This document shows positions 38,667 through 48,183 of a stretch of 64,000 bases of DNA, in pieces. The DNA is from a phage. Under the pieces are notes generated by a model, which was not told the DNA's origin, searched no databases, and saw only the letters and a program-made list of their open reading frames with translations. The translations under genes and the position numbers were made by a program. Position 1 is the stretch's first letter, and each line of letters starts with the position of its first letter. Location of the stretch: the NCBI GenBank assembly GCA_025812035.1, contig GCA_025812035.1_4719.1; one strand, 5' to 3'.

Positions 38667-39551
38667 TCAATAACGGCCGTAGCGTTCCTCGAGCCGTTCT
38701 GGTTTTCTCAGAAGGCTATCTTTAAGCGGTACGACGTCGATATCAACACTCTCTGAGTAATAGCCGTTAGAACTACCATACCAACGGATGACAACACAGC
38801 CCTTCGCAGTGCGGATATGGTAGAATGTCCATTGTGTACGTTCGCTATAATAGCCGTAGTCATCGGTTCTTTCCTCGGTTCTTTCTTCAGCACTGAGTAT
38901 CTTTTCACCGATGATATCGTTAATATCGCCCTCAATGTCTTCAAGATACACCTCTTCGCAGCAATCCTGCTGATGACAGAATTCGACAACGTTTCCATCG
39001 CCGCGATAGAAAAGAAGGGCGATACCGTTTCGTAATTGCTCGCTCGTTACATCAGACACGCAATGCAAACTTTTATCGTCGGTTATCACCAAGACATTGT
39101 TGATTACATGCCCGGCAAGCGCTCCAATCTTATTTACCGTAACAATCGGACGAACCGGTTCAGATTGAACGATAGGAATACGGACACAACCAATTAAGGC
39201 CATCCGTCCTTTCGTTGGTCTAACCGCAAGATAAGGTGATTTTCTTGGGTGGTTATGTAGTCGTATTTCTACTTCGTTGAATTTAATCCCGTATGAACAC
39301 AGAAAATAATTGAATAGTTTACGGAATTCCTCGGTTGCTTCTTGCAACGTGATGTTATTTACTGTGAGTTTATGTCCCCTAAACACCCGGGTTAAATCGA
39401 TAACATCCAGTGTTTTGAAATATATTTCCGTAAGGGGATGACCCGTGTATTCCAGGCAAGTAATTGTTCTTTGAACCACGATTTTAGGCGGTGCGCCTTT
39501 AAAACGTTTCAGGTATTTAACGCGATAACGGGTATGATCTGACGTTAACAT
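38667..39551 (-). CDS. hypothetical protein
   Basis: start revised to ATG at 39551 (AGGAGAGGAG 7 nt upstream); the ORF-track N-terminus at 39552-39650 coincides with a hairpin+TTTATGCCG element and is more likely 5' UTR. Confidence 0.5.
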   Translation of the reverse strand: MLTSDHTRYRVKYLKRFKGAPPKIVVQRTITCLEYTGHPLTEIYFKTLDVIDLTRVFRGHKLTVNNITLQEATEEFRKLFNYFLCSYGIKFNEVEIRLHNHPRKSPYLAVRPTKGRMALIGCVRIPIVQSEPVRPIVTVNKIGALAGHVINNVLVITDDKSLHCVSDVTSEQLRNGIALLFYRGDGNVVEFCHQQDCCEEVYLEDIEGDINDIIGEKILSAEERTEERTDDYGYYSERTQWTFYHIRTAKGCVVIRWYGSSNGYYSESVDIDVVPLKDSLLRKPERLEERYGRY

Positions 39552-39616
39552 TTTAATCTCCTCTCCTGGCTTCAGAGAATTCTCAAAATCCGTTAGTTTT
39601 GATAGACGGGATAAGA

Positions 39617-39646
39617 CGGCATAAAAGCCTCCCGTATTGGGAGGCT
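39617..39646 (-). promoter_or_regulatory. stem-loop (AGCCTCCC/GGGAGGCT, 8 bp) followed by TTTATGCCG box
   Basis: hairpin 39626-39646 and box 39617-39625 in minus sense, about 65 nt upstream of the revised start at 39551. Confidence 0.45.
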
Positions 39647-39658
39647 CCATTAATCGGC

Positions 39659-40207
39659 TTATTTCACAAGGACAGCGAATTCGAGAACGTAAATAGCTTC
39701 ATCGTCCATCGGATTTGTCGTGGTATAACCAACGAAGCAATAACCCATAAGCGAGATAAACTCGCTAAGTTTATCGATGACTGATGCCTCGATACGATCG
39801 TCAACAGACAGACGACATTTACGGGTTATGCTACATCCGCGAGGAACGCCAGATAATACGGATAGGAAATGCACGATCCGGTTATTGGTTGTGAACTGTG
39901 CATAATCGTCGTAGTGTTTAAGGTCTTTCATCGTAACCTCTACCGCCACACGGCGATCGGGTGCTACGTATTCAGAGTACGCATACGATGCGATCGTACG
40001 ACGATCTTCAGTTAGGTAAGTATTCCCATCAGGATGATAGCTTTCGATTGTTCCGTCTTCATAGGTGATGGTTACAACAGGTGCGCCGTATTCGTCGCGA
40101 CCGAAATCAACTTTACATTTGTCCGAAAGCGGTAGAACCGTACAAGGCTTTGCATTGTTCTCATCAGGGAGATCGTAACCACTCATCATTTTCAAGAACA
40201 TAGACAT
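39659..40207 (-). CDS. hypothetical protein (tandem paralog A)
   Basis: 182 codons; N-terminus MSMFLKMMSGYDLPDENNAKPCT parallels MSVIVKVMANCDTSDRNNAKPFT of the next gene. Confidence 0.45.
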   Translation of the reverse strand: MSMFLKMMSGYDLPDENNAKPCTVLPLSDKCKVDFGRDEYGAPVVTITYEDGTIESYHPDGNTYLTEDRRTIASYAYSEYVAPDRRVAVEVTMKDLKHYDDYAQFTTNNRIVHFLSVLSGVPRGCSITRKCRLSVDDRIEASVIDKLSEFISLMGYCFVGYTTTNPMDDEAIYVLEFAVLVK

Positions 40208-40237
40208 AATAGAACCTCATGATAATAGATAATAGAA

Positions 40238-40283
40238 ATGATAGATAGTACAACAAATTGAGGGGGTATTATCCCACCCCCTC
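40238..40283 (-). terminator. stem-loop (GAGGGGGT/ACCCCCTC) with downstream U-rich tract
   Basis: hairpin 40260-40283; minus-sense downstream AAUUUGUUGUACUAUCUAUCAUUUCUAUU. Confidence 0.45.
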
Positions 40284-40293
40284 GTAGGGATTG

Positions 40294-40827
40294 CTACTTA
40301 ACGATCGCGATGATTTTGCCGCCCGCACCGGCGTAATATGCCGTTAACTTACCAGTAAACAACTCTTGTAAAAGACGATTTACGTGACTAACAAAGTTAG
40401 GATTGTCTGATTTTACAAAATCGATGTTTCGCGTTTGTTTTATATCACGATCGATTAAGCGTATTTCCAACAACGCACAAATAAGGCGATCGTCGAGTTT
40501 ACCACTCGTATCCAGCACTTCCCCATACTTCGTAGCACGGACGTCCGCATACATACGGTCAACATCATCCTTCCCAAAACCACAGGAATAGGCGTACGTT
40601 GCGATGGTATTACCATTGTCCATCACGTAAACGTTACCGCCTGGGTAATCGATAAATCGTTGATCCTTATCACCATGAGCGACGAACTCCAGTGTCGGTC
40701 TACCCATCGAATCACGGTTGAATTCAATTGTGGTCAAGCGATCTGGTACCACATGCAACGTAAACGGTTTTGCGTTGTTACGATCGCTAGTATCGCAGTT
40801 AGCCATTACTTTTACAATAACACTCAT
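40294..40827 (-). CDS. hypothetical protein (tandem paralog B)
   Basis: 177 codons; paralogous to 39659-40207. Confidence 0.45.
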   Translation of the reverse strand: MSVIVKVMANCDTSDRNNAKPFTLHVVPDRLTTIEFNRDSMGRPTLEFVAHGDKDQRFIDYPGGNVYVMDNGNTIATYAYSCGFGKDDVDRMYADVRATKYGEVLDTSGKLDDRLICALLEIRLIDRDIKQTRNIDFVKSDNPNFVSHVNRLLQELFTGKLTAYYAGAGGKIIAIVK

Positions 40828-40901
40828 GTTTTATTCCTTAGTAGTCCTAGTAGTAGTATTGAGGAATTTCACCTCATTAGATAGTCTATTTTGGTAATGT
40901 T

Positions 40902-41201
40902 TTACTGAAACAAGACATTAAATTCGACGAGATACCCATCGGATCTATCACCACGATATCTGTTGCAGAAAACACCGAATTTCATCAAGAACTCACATAA
41001 CTCTTCGGCTTTGTATAGCGGAATACGATTTTCGTCGAGCAGAGGGCACTTATGGCTAACCCGCTCCGACGAATCAACGCAACACAAATAAAGAAGGAAT
41101 CGAACAATAGCTCGGTTCTTAGTGAAGCTCTCGAATTCACCTGCGGTTCTGAACTCATCGAGGAGCTTTGTCGTTTTCTTCAATCGTTCACGATCAAGCA
41201 T
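40902..41201 (-). CDS. hypothetical protein
   Basis: 99-codon ORF. Confidence 0.4.
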   Translation of the reverse strand: MLDRERLKKTTKLLDEFRTAGEFESFTKNRAIVRFLLYLCCVDSSERVSHKCPLLDENRIPLYKAEELCEFLMKFGVFCNRYRGDRSDGYLVEFNVLFQ

Positions 41202-41223
41202 GTTAACCTCAATACGAACATAA

Positions 41224-41255
41224 CCCTCCTCCTTCCCTTACGGGTTGGAGGAGGG
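41224..41255. repeat. GC-rich stem-loop, repeat copy 3 (32/32 identical to the reverse complement of copy 1)
   Basis: CCCTCCTCCTTCCCTTACGGGTTGGAGGAGGG on the plus strand; intergenic between two minus-strand genes. Confidence 0.5.
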
Positions 41256-41264
41256 GATATGCTG

Positions 41265-41579
41265 TTATTCTGTTTTCGGTGTTGAACCGTTCTTCTTGAA
41301 GTCGGATTCGTATTTCACGTTAGAATCGAGAACCTCACGAACGGTTTTATCCGTACAACCACGAGCGATGTATGCATTAAGATCGTCACGTAATTTACGC
41401 ATCGTTGTTTTATCCGCATCAGAAACATCTGACTTGGTAAGACGGAATGCGATTGCGTCGCGAATCTTATTCAGCATTGCTGGGTTATTACGCTGTTCTG
41501 TAAATACCGCTTTGATGAATTTATCGCTATCTTTCGAAGCGATGGCGGCATCAAGAATCTCAATATGCTTTTCAGACAT
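41265..41579 (-). CDS. hypothetical protein
   Basis: 104-codon ORF, Lys/Asp-rich. Confidence 0.4.
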   Translation of the reverse strand: MSEKHIEILDAAIASKDSDKFIKAVFTEQRNNPAMLNKIRDAIAFRLTKSDVSDADKTTMRKLRDDLNAYIARGCTDKTVREVLDSNVKYESDFKKNGSTPKTE

Positions 41580-41630
41580 CTTCTTTCCTTTATTAAACGA
41601 TCATCGTCATATTCATTGCGCGTGACGTCA

Positions 41631-42860
41631 TCACTTCAGAAGCTTAGACGCCGCCATGCTACGTGCCTTCGCAACGTCATACGCATCCATGATCGCGTCG
41701 CCGATAGCGGTATGACGAATCAACGGAATACCCATGTCTGGATACTCTTTGGTGCCTAAGATGGATACTGGTTTGTCTTGATACGCGGCAAGCATCGAAC
41801 GGATATCCTGAACCTGGTTATACCGACAAACTGGCTTAAAGCCTGCTTTACGGAACCAATGCTCTAATTGAGGCCAATCTGTTTCACCGCGAGCAAGATA
41901 ATAGAAGGTATCTTTACCGTAGTATTCGGTCATCTCATCACGGATATTGTTAACAAATGCATTTACTGTAGCAATGGCTTCTTTATAGTCCATCACTCCG
42001 TCATGCTGAAAACAATAGTCGCGCGCTTCCTTCGGTGCTTTGGTTTGCCACCATTCTACCGTGGACTTACTAATATCACCGCCATCAGCGATTTGACCGT
42101 AAACGTCAGGGAAGATATCTATACGTGGGCCGTTAATAACAGATTCTGGATTAGCCAGATCGAAGAACAAGATGCCGATTTCCAGCAATACCCCGTTCTT
42201 TTCTAGACTGAGATTCTCCACATCCAGGCAAAACGCAGGTTTCTCTACCGCTGAAAAATCAAAATATTCTTCGAGACGCGGCGTTGGTTCGGCGGCGAAA
42301 AACGTCTCATGAATGAACTGGGCGAATGTCTTATTCATTGCTACTAAGTCAATGCCCAATTTACTTAGCAGAGGTATAATCGCGTGGTCATTCTGCTGTA
42401 TCACCACCCACTCTCGGCTTTTGATAGAACGACCAATTGAGTAAAAGAGATGAACGATGTCTAACGGTTTGTACGGAGCCTCAAAAGTTGTTCCCTGGAA
42501 CGACTCAGCCAGCGCCTTATGCGTTTCTTCACGATGATTCATCAGTTGGAGAATAGCGCGGCGCAGATAATACCGTAATGTTATCTCGTGAAGGTGTGAT
42601 ATATCTTCCTGAAATAACGTCATGAAACCGTGGTATGTATAATGCTCGCCTCTTTTAATTTCGTCGAAGAGTTCTTTGTTCCCCTTTATTTCTTCTGGTG
42701 TTACCTGTTTGATTTGATCGTGGATAATGTTGAGCAGGTCACTGCCGTGTACCTTAAACAGTTTTTCAACGCTAAAATCGGGTAATGTCGCAATTGCTGC
42801 GTACATTAATGTTTCTGCGGGATTAAGTTCTTTATTGTCAATTGTGATGGTTAAAGCCAT
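41631..42860 (-). CDS. protein with C-terminal DEDDh-type 3'-5' exonuclease-like domain
   Basis: start revised to ATG at 42860 (GAGGT upstream); candidate Exo I FCLDVENLSL and Exo III HTAIGDAIMDAYDV motifs; N-terminal ~200 aa unassigned. Confidence 0.5.
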   Translation of the reverse strand: MALTITIDNKELNPAETLMYAAIATLPDFSVEKLFKVHGSDLLNIIHDQIKQVTPEEIKGNKELFDEIKRGEHYTYHGFMTLFQEDISHLHEITLRYYLRRAILQLMNHREETHKALAESFQGTTFEAPYKPLDIVHLFYSIGRSIKSREWVVIQQNDHAIIPLLSKLGIDLVAMNKTFAQFIHETFFAAEPTPRLEEYFDFSAVEKPAFCLDVENLSLEKNGVLLEIGILFFDLANPESVINGPRIDIFPDVYGQIADGGDISKSTVEWWQTKAPKEARDYCFQHDGVMDYKEAIATVNAFVNNIRDEMTEYYGKDTFYYLARGETDWPQLEHWFRKAGFKPVCRYNQVQDIRSMLAAYQDKPVSILGTKEYPDMGIPLIRHTAIGDAIMDAYDVAKARSMAASKLLK

Positions 42861-42885
42861 TTTATTATACCTCATCGAAATCAAA

Positions 42886-43227
42886 TTAGTTAAATTCAGG
42901 TTTATCAGCAGCCAGACCAAGTCCAGCCAGTATTACGTAATCATACCAAGCTTTTACTTTCGCTTTCGCATCATCTAAACTATCTGCGTTGATGTGCGGA
43001 AACTCATCGTTGACTGGGAAAGGTAAATCGCAGTCGTAGCTTGTATAGTCTTTCCAACCTTTCCATTCGATAGTTAGAGGACCAAAAACGGTCTCAGCAA
43101 CAACATGGTTATAGCGACAGTTTTCACATGGCGGGTGCTCTTCCGACCAAACAAGCTCATGTCGCGCTAAAAGTTGTTGTACGACCGATAATGGTTGCTC
43201 TTCATTAAGTTCGATACTGTCTATCAA
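42886..43227 (-). CDS. hypothetical protein
   Basis: 113-codon ORF. Confidence 0.4.
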   Translation of the reverse strand: MIDSIELNEEQPLSVVQQLLARHELVWSEEHPPCENCRYNHVVAETVFGPLTIEWKGWKDYTSYDCDLPFPVNDEFPHINADSLDDAKAKVKAWYDYVILAGLGLAADKPEFN

Positions 43228-43820
43228 CGTATACCCTCCTTTTCTTTATCGTAATTACTACAAATATTGACAAACGCAGTATTATCAGACAGCATGCTGA
43301 CCATCTGACGGATTGCGGCCAACGGTTCAAGTTTAGGATTGATTGATTCACCGGTCAACGCGCTTATTGCCCGTGTGATCTCAACCAAATCGACGTTCGG
43401 GTCGTTATCATCAATAATGAGCAGACTCTTCGCTGGTTTCTGACGACGTTTGATGATTAACAAATACGTGATGAGATTCTCACGCCAAGCGTCAGAATCC
43501 AGATTGCGTATTACGGTTAACGCACGACGCTCTTCCGCCCATGATGGTTTCTCACGGATAACAGGCATGTAAGATAATTGCTCAGCAAGCCCTTTCAAGC
43601 TGACGCGGTTGGTGCCACCAGGATGCTCACTAATCCGCAGCATCTCGGTTAACAGACGGACATATGCGGCTGTTGTAGAAACACCCCGCAGCGGCAGGAA
43701 CAAATTATGTCCCGGAACCCCATCGTGACTCAGCGGTGCGATATACGCCATGAATCGCCGAATATCATCGTCGGTCTGTTCTCCAGCAACGAACTTAAAC
43801 GCTTCACGTAAAACGCTCAC
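43224..43820 (-). CDS. hypothetical protein
   Basis: 198-codon ORF. Confidence 0.45.
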   Translation of the reverse strand: MSVLREAFKFVAGEQTDDDIRRFMAYIAPLSHDGVPGHNLFLPLRGVSTTAAYVRLLTEMLRISEHPGGTNRVSLKGLAEQLSYMPVIREKPSWAEERRALTVIRNLDSDAWRENLITYLLIIKRRQKPAKSLLIIDDNDPNVDLVEITRAISALTGESINPKLEPLAAIRQMVSMLSDNTAFVNICSNYDKEKEGIR

Positions 43821-44106
43821 TATGAAGTCTCCTTAATGTTTCTTGCATACGTAGTCTCTTCGGCAGATATAGACGTTTGTATAGATCAACTAACAGATAA
43901 CGCATAACGGAAGCAACCACCAGGTATTCACCTTCGGCTTCCGAATAGCGTATCATGTTAATTGGGTAATTCAAATAAGAATAAGAAAAGAGATCATCGT
44001 TGGTGAGGCGATGATCTTCAAGATACTGGCGAAACAATTCTGCTAAGGCATCGTACTCCATTCCGTAGTAACACAACGATACCTGTCTTACCGACAGTCG
44101 TTTCAT
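43804..44106 (-). CDS. hypothetical protein
   Basis: 100-codon ORF. Confidence 0.4.
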   Translation of the reverse strand: MKRLSVRQVSLCYYGMEYDALAELFRQYLEDHRLTNDDLFSYSYLNYPINMIRYSEAEGEYLVVASVMRYLLVDLYKRLYLPKRLRMQETLRRLHSERFT

Positions 44107-44945
44107 GCTGGGTTACCTTTTAGTTTTTCACGTATCATGTCAACAACGCGTGAGGGATCAGAAATAACATTGGTGATAAGATGATCGATAGGCAGGTCGA
44201 GAACGATTTTCTCCAGCTGGAAAGTCGTATCGTTACAGCGCACACCGTAGAACATTCCTTCTTTAAACACAACCTCGTATGAAATGGGGAGCTGGTTGAT
44301 GATGGTGTTGGCATAGTCACCCAACCACATCGACCCTGCCATCAGATGCACACAAATCAAATGGCTCATACGCACATCCTTGTTCTTCTTGTTAGCATCT
44401 CCGGTTTTCGACATGGTGACCAGAAGCTCACCGATCTTACTCAACAAACCGTCATATACCCCAAAGAACTTAATCAGTTGTTGGGCACCTAACGATATAA
44501 ATGTTTCTCGTGGTAAAACACAACACACCTGCGGTAACGTTCCAACCCCATAAACGCAACTGTGTGGTGATAATGGAAGCAAATCAGCAACCGCATCCTT
44601 GATGTTGTTATACTCAACGATATCGTTGAACGGTGAAAGACCTTTCGTAACCGGTTTATCAATCGCTACATCGAACTCCGCGAACGTCCATGCTGCTTTA
44701 CGAGGTTCCCCTTTCTGGTATGGTGGAGCCAGTACAGCAACAACACGAAGCCGGTATTCGTTGGTATCGCGTAGCTTAAGTTGAATGCCTTCACCGTCGC
44801 CTTTGCGCACGAGCGTGTAGCGGCTTGCGCAACCGTCGCAGACCACCGTTGGTTCATGTTGGCCGTATGCGGCAAGCATCGGTTTACTAAGATCTTTATC
44901 GCAACGACTGCAGCGATGATCCTGTTCCTGGTAACTGATTTTCAC
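44103..44945 (-). CDS. hypothetical protein with N-terminal Cys4 zinc-ribbon-like motif
   Basis: start revised to GTG at 44945 (AAGGGAG upstream), which removes a 98-nt overlap; CSRCDKD...CDGCASRY. Confidence 0.45.
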   Translation of the reverse strand: MKISYQEQDHRCSRCDKDLSKPMLAAYGQHEPTVVCDGCASRYTLVRKGDGEGIQLKLRDTNEYRLRVVAVLAPPYQKGEPRKAAWTFAEFDVAIDKPVTKGLSPFNDIVEYNNIKDAVADLLPLSPHSCVYGVGTLPQVCCVLPRETFISLGAQQLIKFFGVYDGLLSKIGELLVTMSKTGDANKKNKDVRMSHLICVHLMAGSMWLGDYANTIINQLPISYEVVFKEGMFYGVRCNDTTFQLEKIVLDLPIDHLITNVISDPSRVVDMIREKLKGNPA

Positions 44946-44961
44946 ACCGAGACTCCCTTTA

Positions 44962-45918
44962 TTAATGCAATACGCGATCTGCTGGAATTGTCGAAGCGTT
45001 GCTGGCAGACAGATCCGTCGCTTTACGATCAGGACTGAATCGACGAGCGTTCTCTTCATGATAGTTGACGGGGTTATCCTGTTTTAACAGTTCCATTGCT
45101 TCATCAAACGCCAACTCACGAAATCCTCTTGGATAGAGGAACAGAGGCTCATCAACATCCAGCCCTTTAACAAACCCATGCGACAGCCAGACACTACCAT
45201 CAGCACTGTAGAGAACCGGCTCAACATCGTAATCCAAAACGTATTGATACCAGTAATTAAACAGTTGGGCGATCCACCGATTACGTAATAAGTAATCGAT
45301 CACAATCGCACTACGCACGCTATGACACCAGCCGATCTTACCATCAACTTTCTGCAACAACGTACCGTCGTTTGCTTGATGAATAACCGCATTAAATAAC
45401 CACGCAAGATCGGTTGCGAAAAGCGCCGCTTCTTGAATATCGTTAATGTAGCGCACGGGTATCGTCAGATGGGTGCGGTAATGCGCCATCGCCTCTTCGT
45501 AGTTGTCTCCATCGATGCAGAGAATACCGTTTGGCGATAGATGTCCTTGATTCAACGACTGGTTGATGTAAAGATCGGTAATCTCGTTAATATGTTCGAC
45601 GGTACCCAAGGTTAACTCGGACATAAAACGACCGATATCAACAGACATTGATGTACCGGAAACAAACGGATTAGCCGGGTGAGTTGTATTCGAGAAAATA
45701 ATTGACCAAACCGCTTCGTGTTTTTCATCCGACGGGACGAACGAAATATGCCGTTCTGCGCTATCGTCATCAACAGCTACCTTTACTGTTTTCAAACAGC
45801 TGGTACAAACATAGCACGTGTTCGGCAGTGGCATATCCGAAAACATATCGTAACGAATTGATGCGAGAGAAATATCATATCCACAATGGGGGCATGTGTT
45901 ATCGATAAGCGTTTTCAT
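44962..45918 (-). CDS. hypothetical protein with N-terminal zinc-ribbon-like motif
   Basis: 318 codons; CPHCGYD...CYVCTSC. Confidence 0.45.
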   Translation of the reverse strand: MKTLIDNTCPHCGYDISLASIRYDMFSDMPLPNTCYVCTSCLKTVKVAVDDDSAERHISFVPSDEKHEAVWSIIFSNTTHPANPFVSGTSMSVDIGRFMSELTLGTVEHINEITDLYINQSLNQGHLSPNGILCIDGDNYEEAMAHYRTHLTIPVRYINDIQEAALFATDLAWLFNAVIHQANDGTLLQKVDGKIGWCHSVRSAIVIDYLLRNRWIAQLFNYWYQYVLDYDVEPVLYSADGSVWLSHGFVKGLDVDEPLFLYPRGFRELAFDEAMELLKQDNPVNYHEENARRFSPDRKATDLSASNASTIPADRVLH

Positions 45919-46184
45919 TGTTGAATTCCTTTTGATAAAAATAACTGGATATCGGTAAGCTGGTCTTCAGGAACATCATCGGCGGCAGTTAGAACCTTAG
46001 GGCCGTGTTCGCTGAGGTAAGCTTCCTGTTGAAGATGATAAAGTCGATTGGCTTCTTGGAACTCACTGTCCGTCATGTAAACCAACTTAAACTTCGAGCG
46101 TTTATTCGGATTATATTTCTTATTACGTTTCTTTGGTTTCTTCGCCATAATAGCCTCGTGAAGGTGGATGGGTTTACCATCCAC
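45915..46184 (-). CDS. hypothetical protein
   Basis: 89 codons, basic N-terminus. Confidence 0.4.
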   Translation of the reverse strand: MDGKPIHLHEAIMAKKPKKRNKKYNPNKRSKFKLVYMTDSEFQEANRLYHLQQEAYLSEHGPKVLTAADDVPEDQLTDIQLFLSKGIQQ

Positions 46185-46195
46185 CTTCCTCCATG

Positions 46196-46717
46196 TTAAA
46201 GTGCGTTCATCTCTTCAGGTGTACGTACAGTACGAGTGCTGGGATCGACCATTGCTGGCACGCCTGCCGGACATTTACGGACATCGATTCGCATCTCCGG
46301 TTCAATCGGACGAACGCGATAGGTTTTGCCGTCGTCGGTTAACACCGAAATCGTCAACGCCTGGTTCAGCTCATTAACGAAATTCACTAAACGCTGTTGT
46401 CCACCCTTCGTCCAGAAGTTAAGATCGGTTTCACCGTTGAAATAACTGATTCCTTCAGCTGTTCCAATCGTGATTTTAACGATGCCTGGATAATCACGAA
46501 GAAGGGGTGCTTGATAGCCTTCGTCTTCCGTATCCAATTTTACCCATGCGCCTCCTGTGGATAAGCAGTTAACTTCCAGGGCGGTTGGCGCACTAACTTC
46601 TGCTGATGACCAGGTATACATCGTGCCTAGTTTAGCGTGTCCGGTTTCCAGTTCGCTGTAATCCCAAGCATGTGCTGATGCTGTAATAAAGAAAGCCGCA
46701 AGAAATAACTTTTTCAT
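46196..46717 (-). CDS. secreted hypothetical protein
   Basis: signal-peptide-like MKKLFLAAFFITASAHA. Confidence 0.5.
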   Translation of the reverse strand: MKKLFLAAFFITASAHAWDYSELETGHAKLGTMYTWSSAEVSAPTALEVNCLSTGGAWVKLDTEDEGYQAPLLRDYPGIVKITIGTAEGISYFNGETDLNFWTKGGQQRLVNFVNELNQALTISVLTDDGKTYRVRPIEPEMRIDVRKCPAGVPAMVDPSTRTVRTPEEMNAL

Positions 46718-46772
46718 TCTTTTCTATTCCTATTAAAAGTGACCGATTTCTGTGGTCAGGATTGCTAATAAA

Positions 46773-47234
46773 TTAATTCCGGTTTTGTTTCCGTATCGCA
46801 CGGTTACGTTTACGTTCTTGGTCCTTGACTGTACCAAGAAACTGCTTTAATTCTGACGGTTTGATCGTGCCCTCGCGCACCACACCGTTTTGTTCGATAT
46901 GGTACGACCAATAACCAACTTCAGCCGTTAAGGTTAACGTTGTCGGCTGTTCATCGGGTAACGATCGGGGTGAGAAAATAAAGAGTAATTCAAAAGGTGT
47001 TTCTCGGCTGATGATAGGACGGATACTAACATCAAGACCCTCCCATCGCTGAGGTTTAAATATTCCTCCAGCAGCAATGATTGTCTCCGAGCGTTGATCT
47101 ACAAGCTCGGCTAATTCACGATCATCGTTGAAATAAATATCGTGAAGAATATCTGTGTCGATAAAAAACCCGCGTTCCAAATCGTGACGAACAATGGAAT
47201 TCTTCATTCTGCTGCCTTTGTTGTTTGTTTTCAT
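46773..47234 (-). CDS. hypothetical protein
   Basis: 153-codon ORF. Confidence 0.4.
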   Translation of the reverse strand: MKTNNKGSRMKNSIVRHDLERGFFIDTDILHDIYFNDDRELAELVDQRSETIIAAGGIFKPQRWEGLDVSIRPIISRETPFELLFIFSPRSLPDEQPTTLTLTAEVGYWSYHIEQNGVVREGTIKPSELKQFLGTVKDQERKRNRAIRKQNRN

Positions 47235-47283
47235 GTCCTATACGAACACGAAAAACCGTTAATTTTTACCATAACCACGTGCG

Positions 47284-47559
47284 TTAAAATTCCACACCAC
47301 GACCTGTCATCGACGAAGGAACCGCGCGATAATAGAAGTAGATGTAATGGTCACGATGGCTAAAATAGTTTTTGCAAGCATAGAACTCTCCGGATCCAAT
47401 GAATGATTTAATACGTGTAACTTGAGGGTGTCGTGCGATTAACGCCTGTATGACGATTTCCATTTGGTGTGCACTCAAACCAGGTCGAGCTGCAACATGA
47501 TAATGAAGCTCCCTAAGAAATCGTTTCCAGGGGTCGGATTGGGTCGATGATCGAGACAT
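47284..47559 (-). CDS. hypothetical protein
   Basis: 91 codons with AAGGAGA upstream. Confidence 0.4.
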   Translation of the reverse strand: MSRSSTQSDPWKRFLRELHYHVAARPGLSAHQMEIVIQALIARHPQVTRIKSFIGSGEFYACKNYFSHRDHYIYFYYRAVPSSMTGRGVEF

Positions 47560-47588
47560 CTTTATCTCCTTAACGGTTGCTGGTAACG

Positions 47589-47615
47589 CGGCATAAACCC
47601 TCCCCGAAGGGAGGG
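47589..47615 (-). promoter_or_regulatory. stem-loop (CCCUCCC-UUCG-GGGAGGG) followed directly by TTTATGCCG box
   Basis: hairpin 47598-47615 with a UUCG tetraloop in minus sense, box 47589-47597; between the phosphatase gene and the next gene. Confidence 0.45.
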
Positions 47616-47625
47616 TGATTAACGA

Positions 47626-48183
47626 TTACTCCATCCATACTTCTTCGTCGTAATGATTTTCTATCGCATTACGCCAAAAACGCACGGTGTCTAAACTAAT
47701 CGGTGCATAAAAGTGCTGGTCGACGCCTACATTAAGTCCGTTGGCTTTCGCTAACATACAGCGATGAATATGTCCGAATAGATTGAAGTAGCCTGGGTTT
47801 CTTTCGCTGGGTTTATGGCAGAGCCAGTAGGATTCGTCATTGCTGATTGGCAACACCAACGGATGTTCATAAACCGCAGCAAACCCCATACCGAGCAGTT
47901 TATCACGCCAAGCTTCGAAGCTTAACCCTGTTGCTCTGCATGCGTCTTCGTCCCAATTCCCCAACACCAATTGAACCTGGATATCAGAACGAATGGCTTC
48001 CACGAACTCAAACTTACCCCAATCACCCAAATGCCATAAGACACTGTTCTTTGGAAGATTGTTGATGGCTTTCAGCATATGCTGGTTCATATCAGCGACG
48101 CTTGCAAACGGGCGACGTGAATACTTCCAGGTACGCTCGCTATCAAAATGGGTATCCGACGTAAAGAAGATGGGTGGGGTCAT
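47626..48183 (-). CDS. calcineurin-like metallophosphoesterase (Ser/Thr phosphatase-like)
   Basis: motifs FTSDTHFD, LGDW, GNWD and GHIH in the order typical of the metallophosphatase fold. Confidence 0.65.
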   Translation of the reverse strand: MTPPIFFTSDTHFDSERTWKYSRRPFASVADMNQHMLKAINNLPKNSVLWHLGDWGKFEFVEAIRSDIQVQLVLGNWDEDACRATGLSFEAWRDKLLGMGFAAVYEHPLVLPISNDESYWLCHKPSERNPGYFNLFGHIHRCMLAKANGLNVGVDQHFYAPISLDTVRFWRNAIENHYDEEVWME

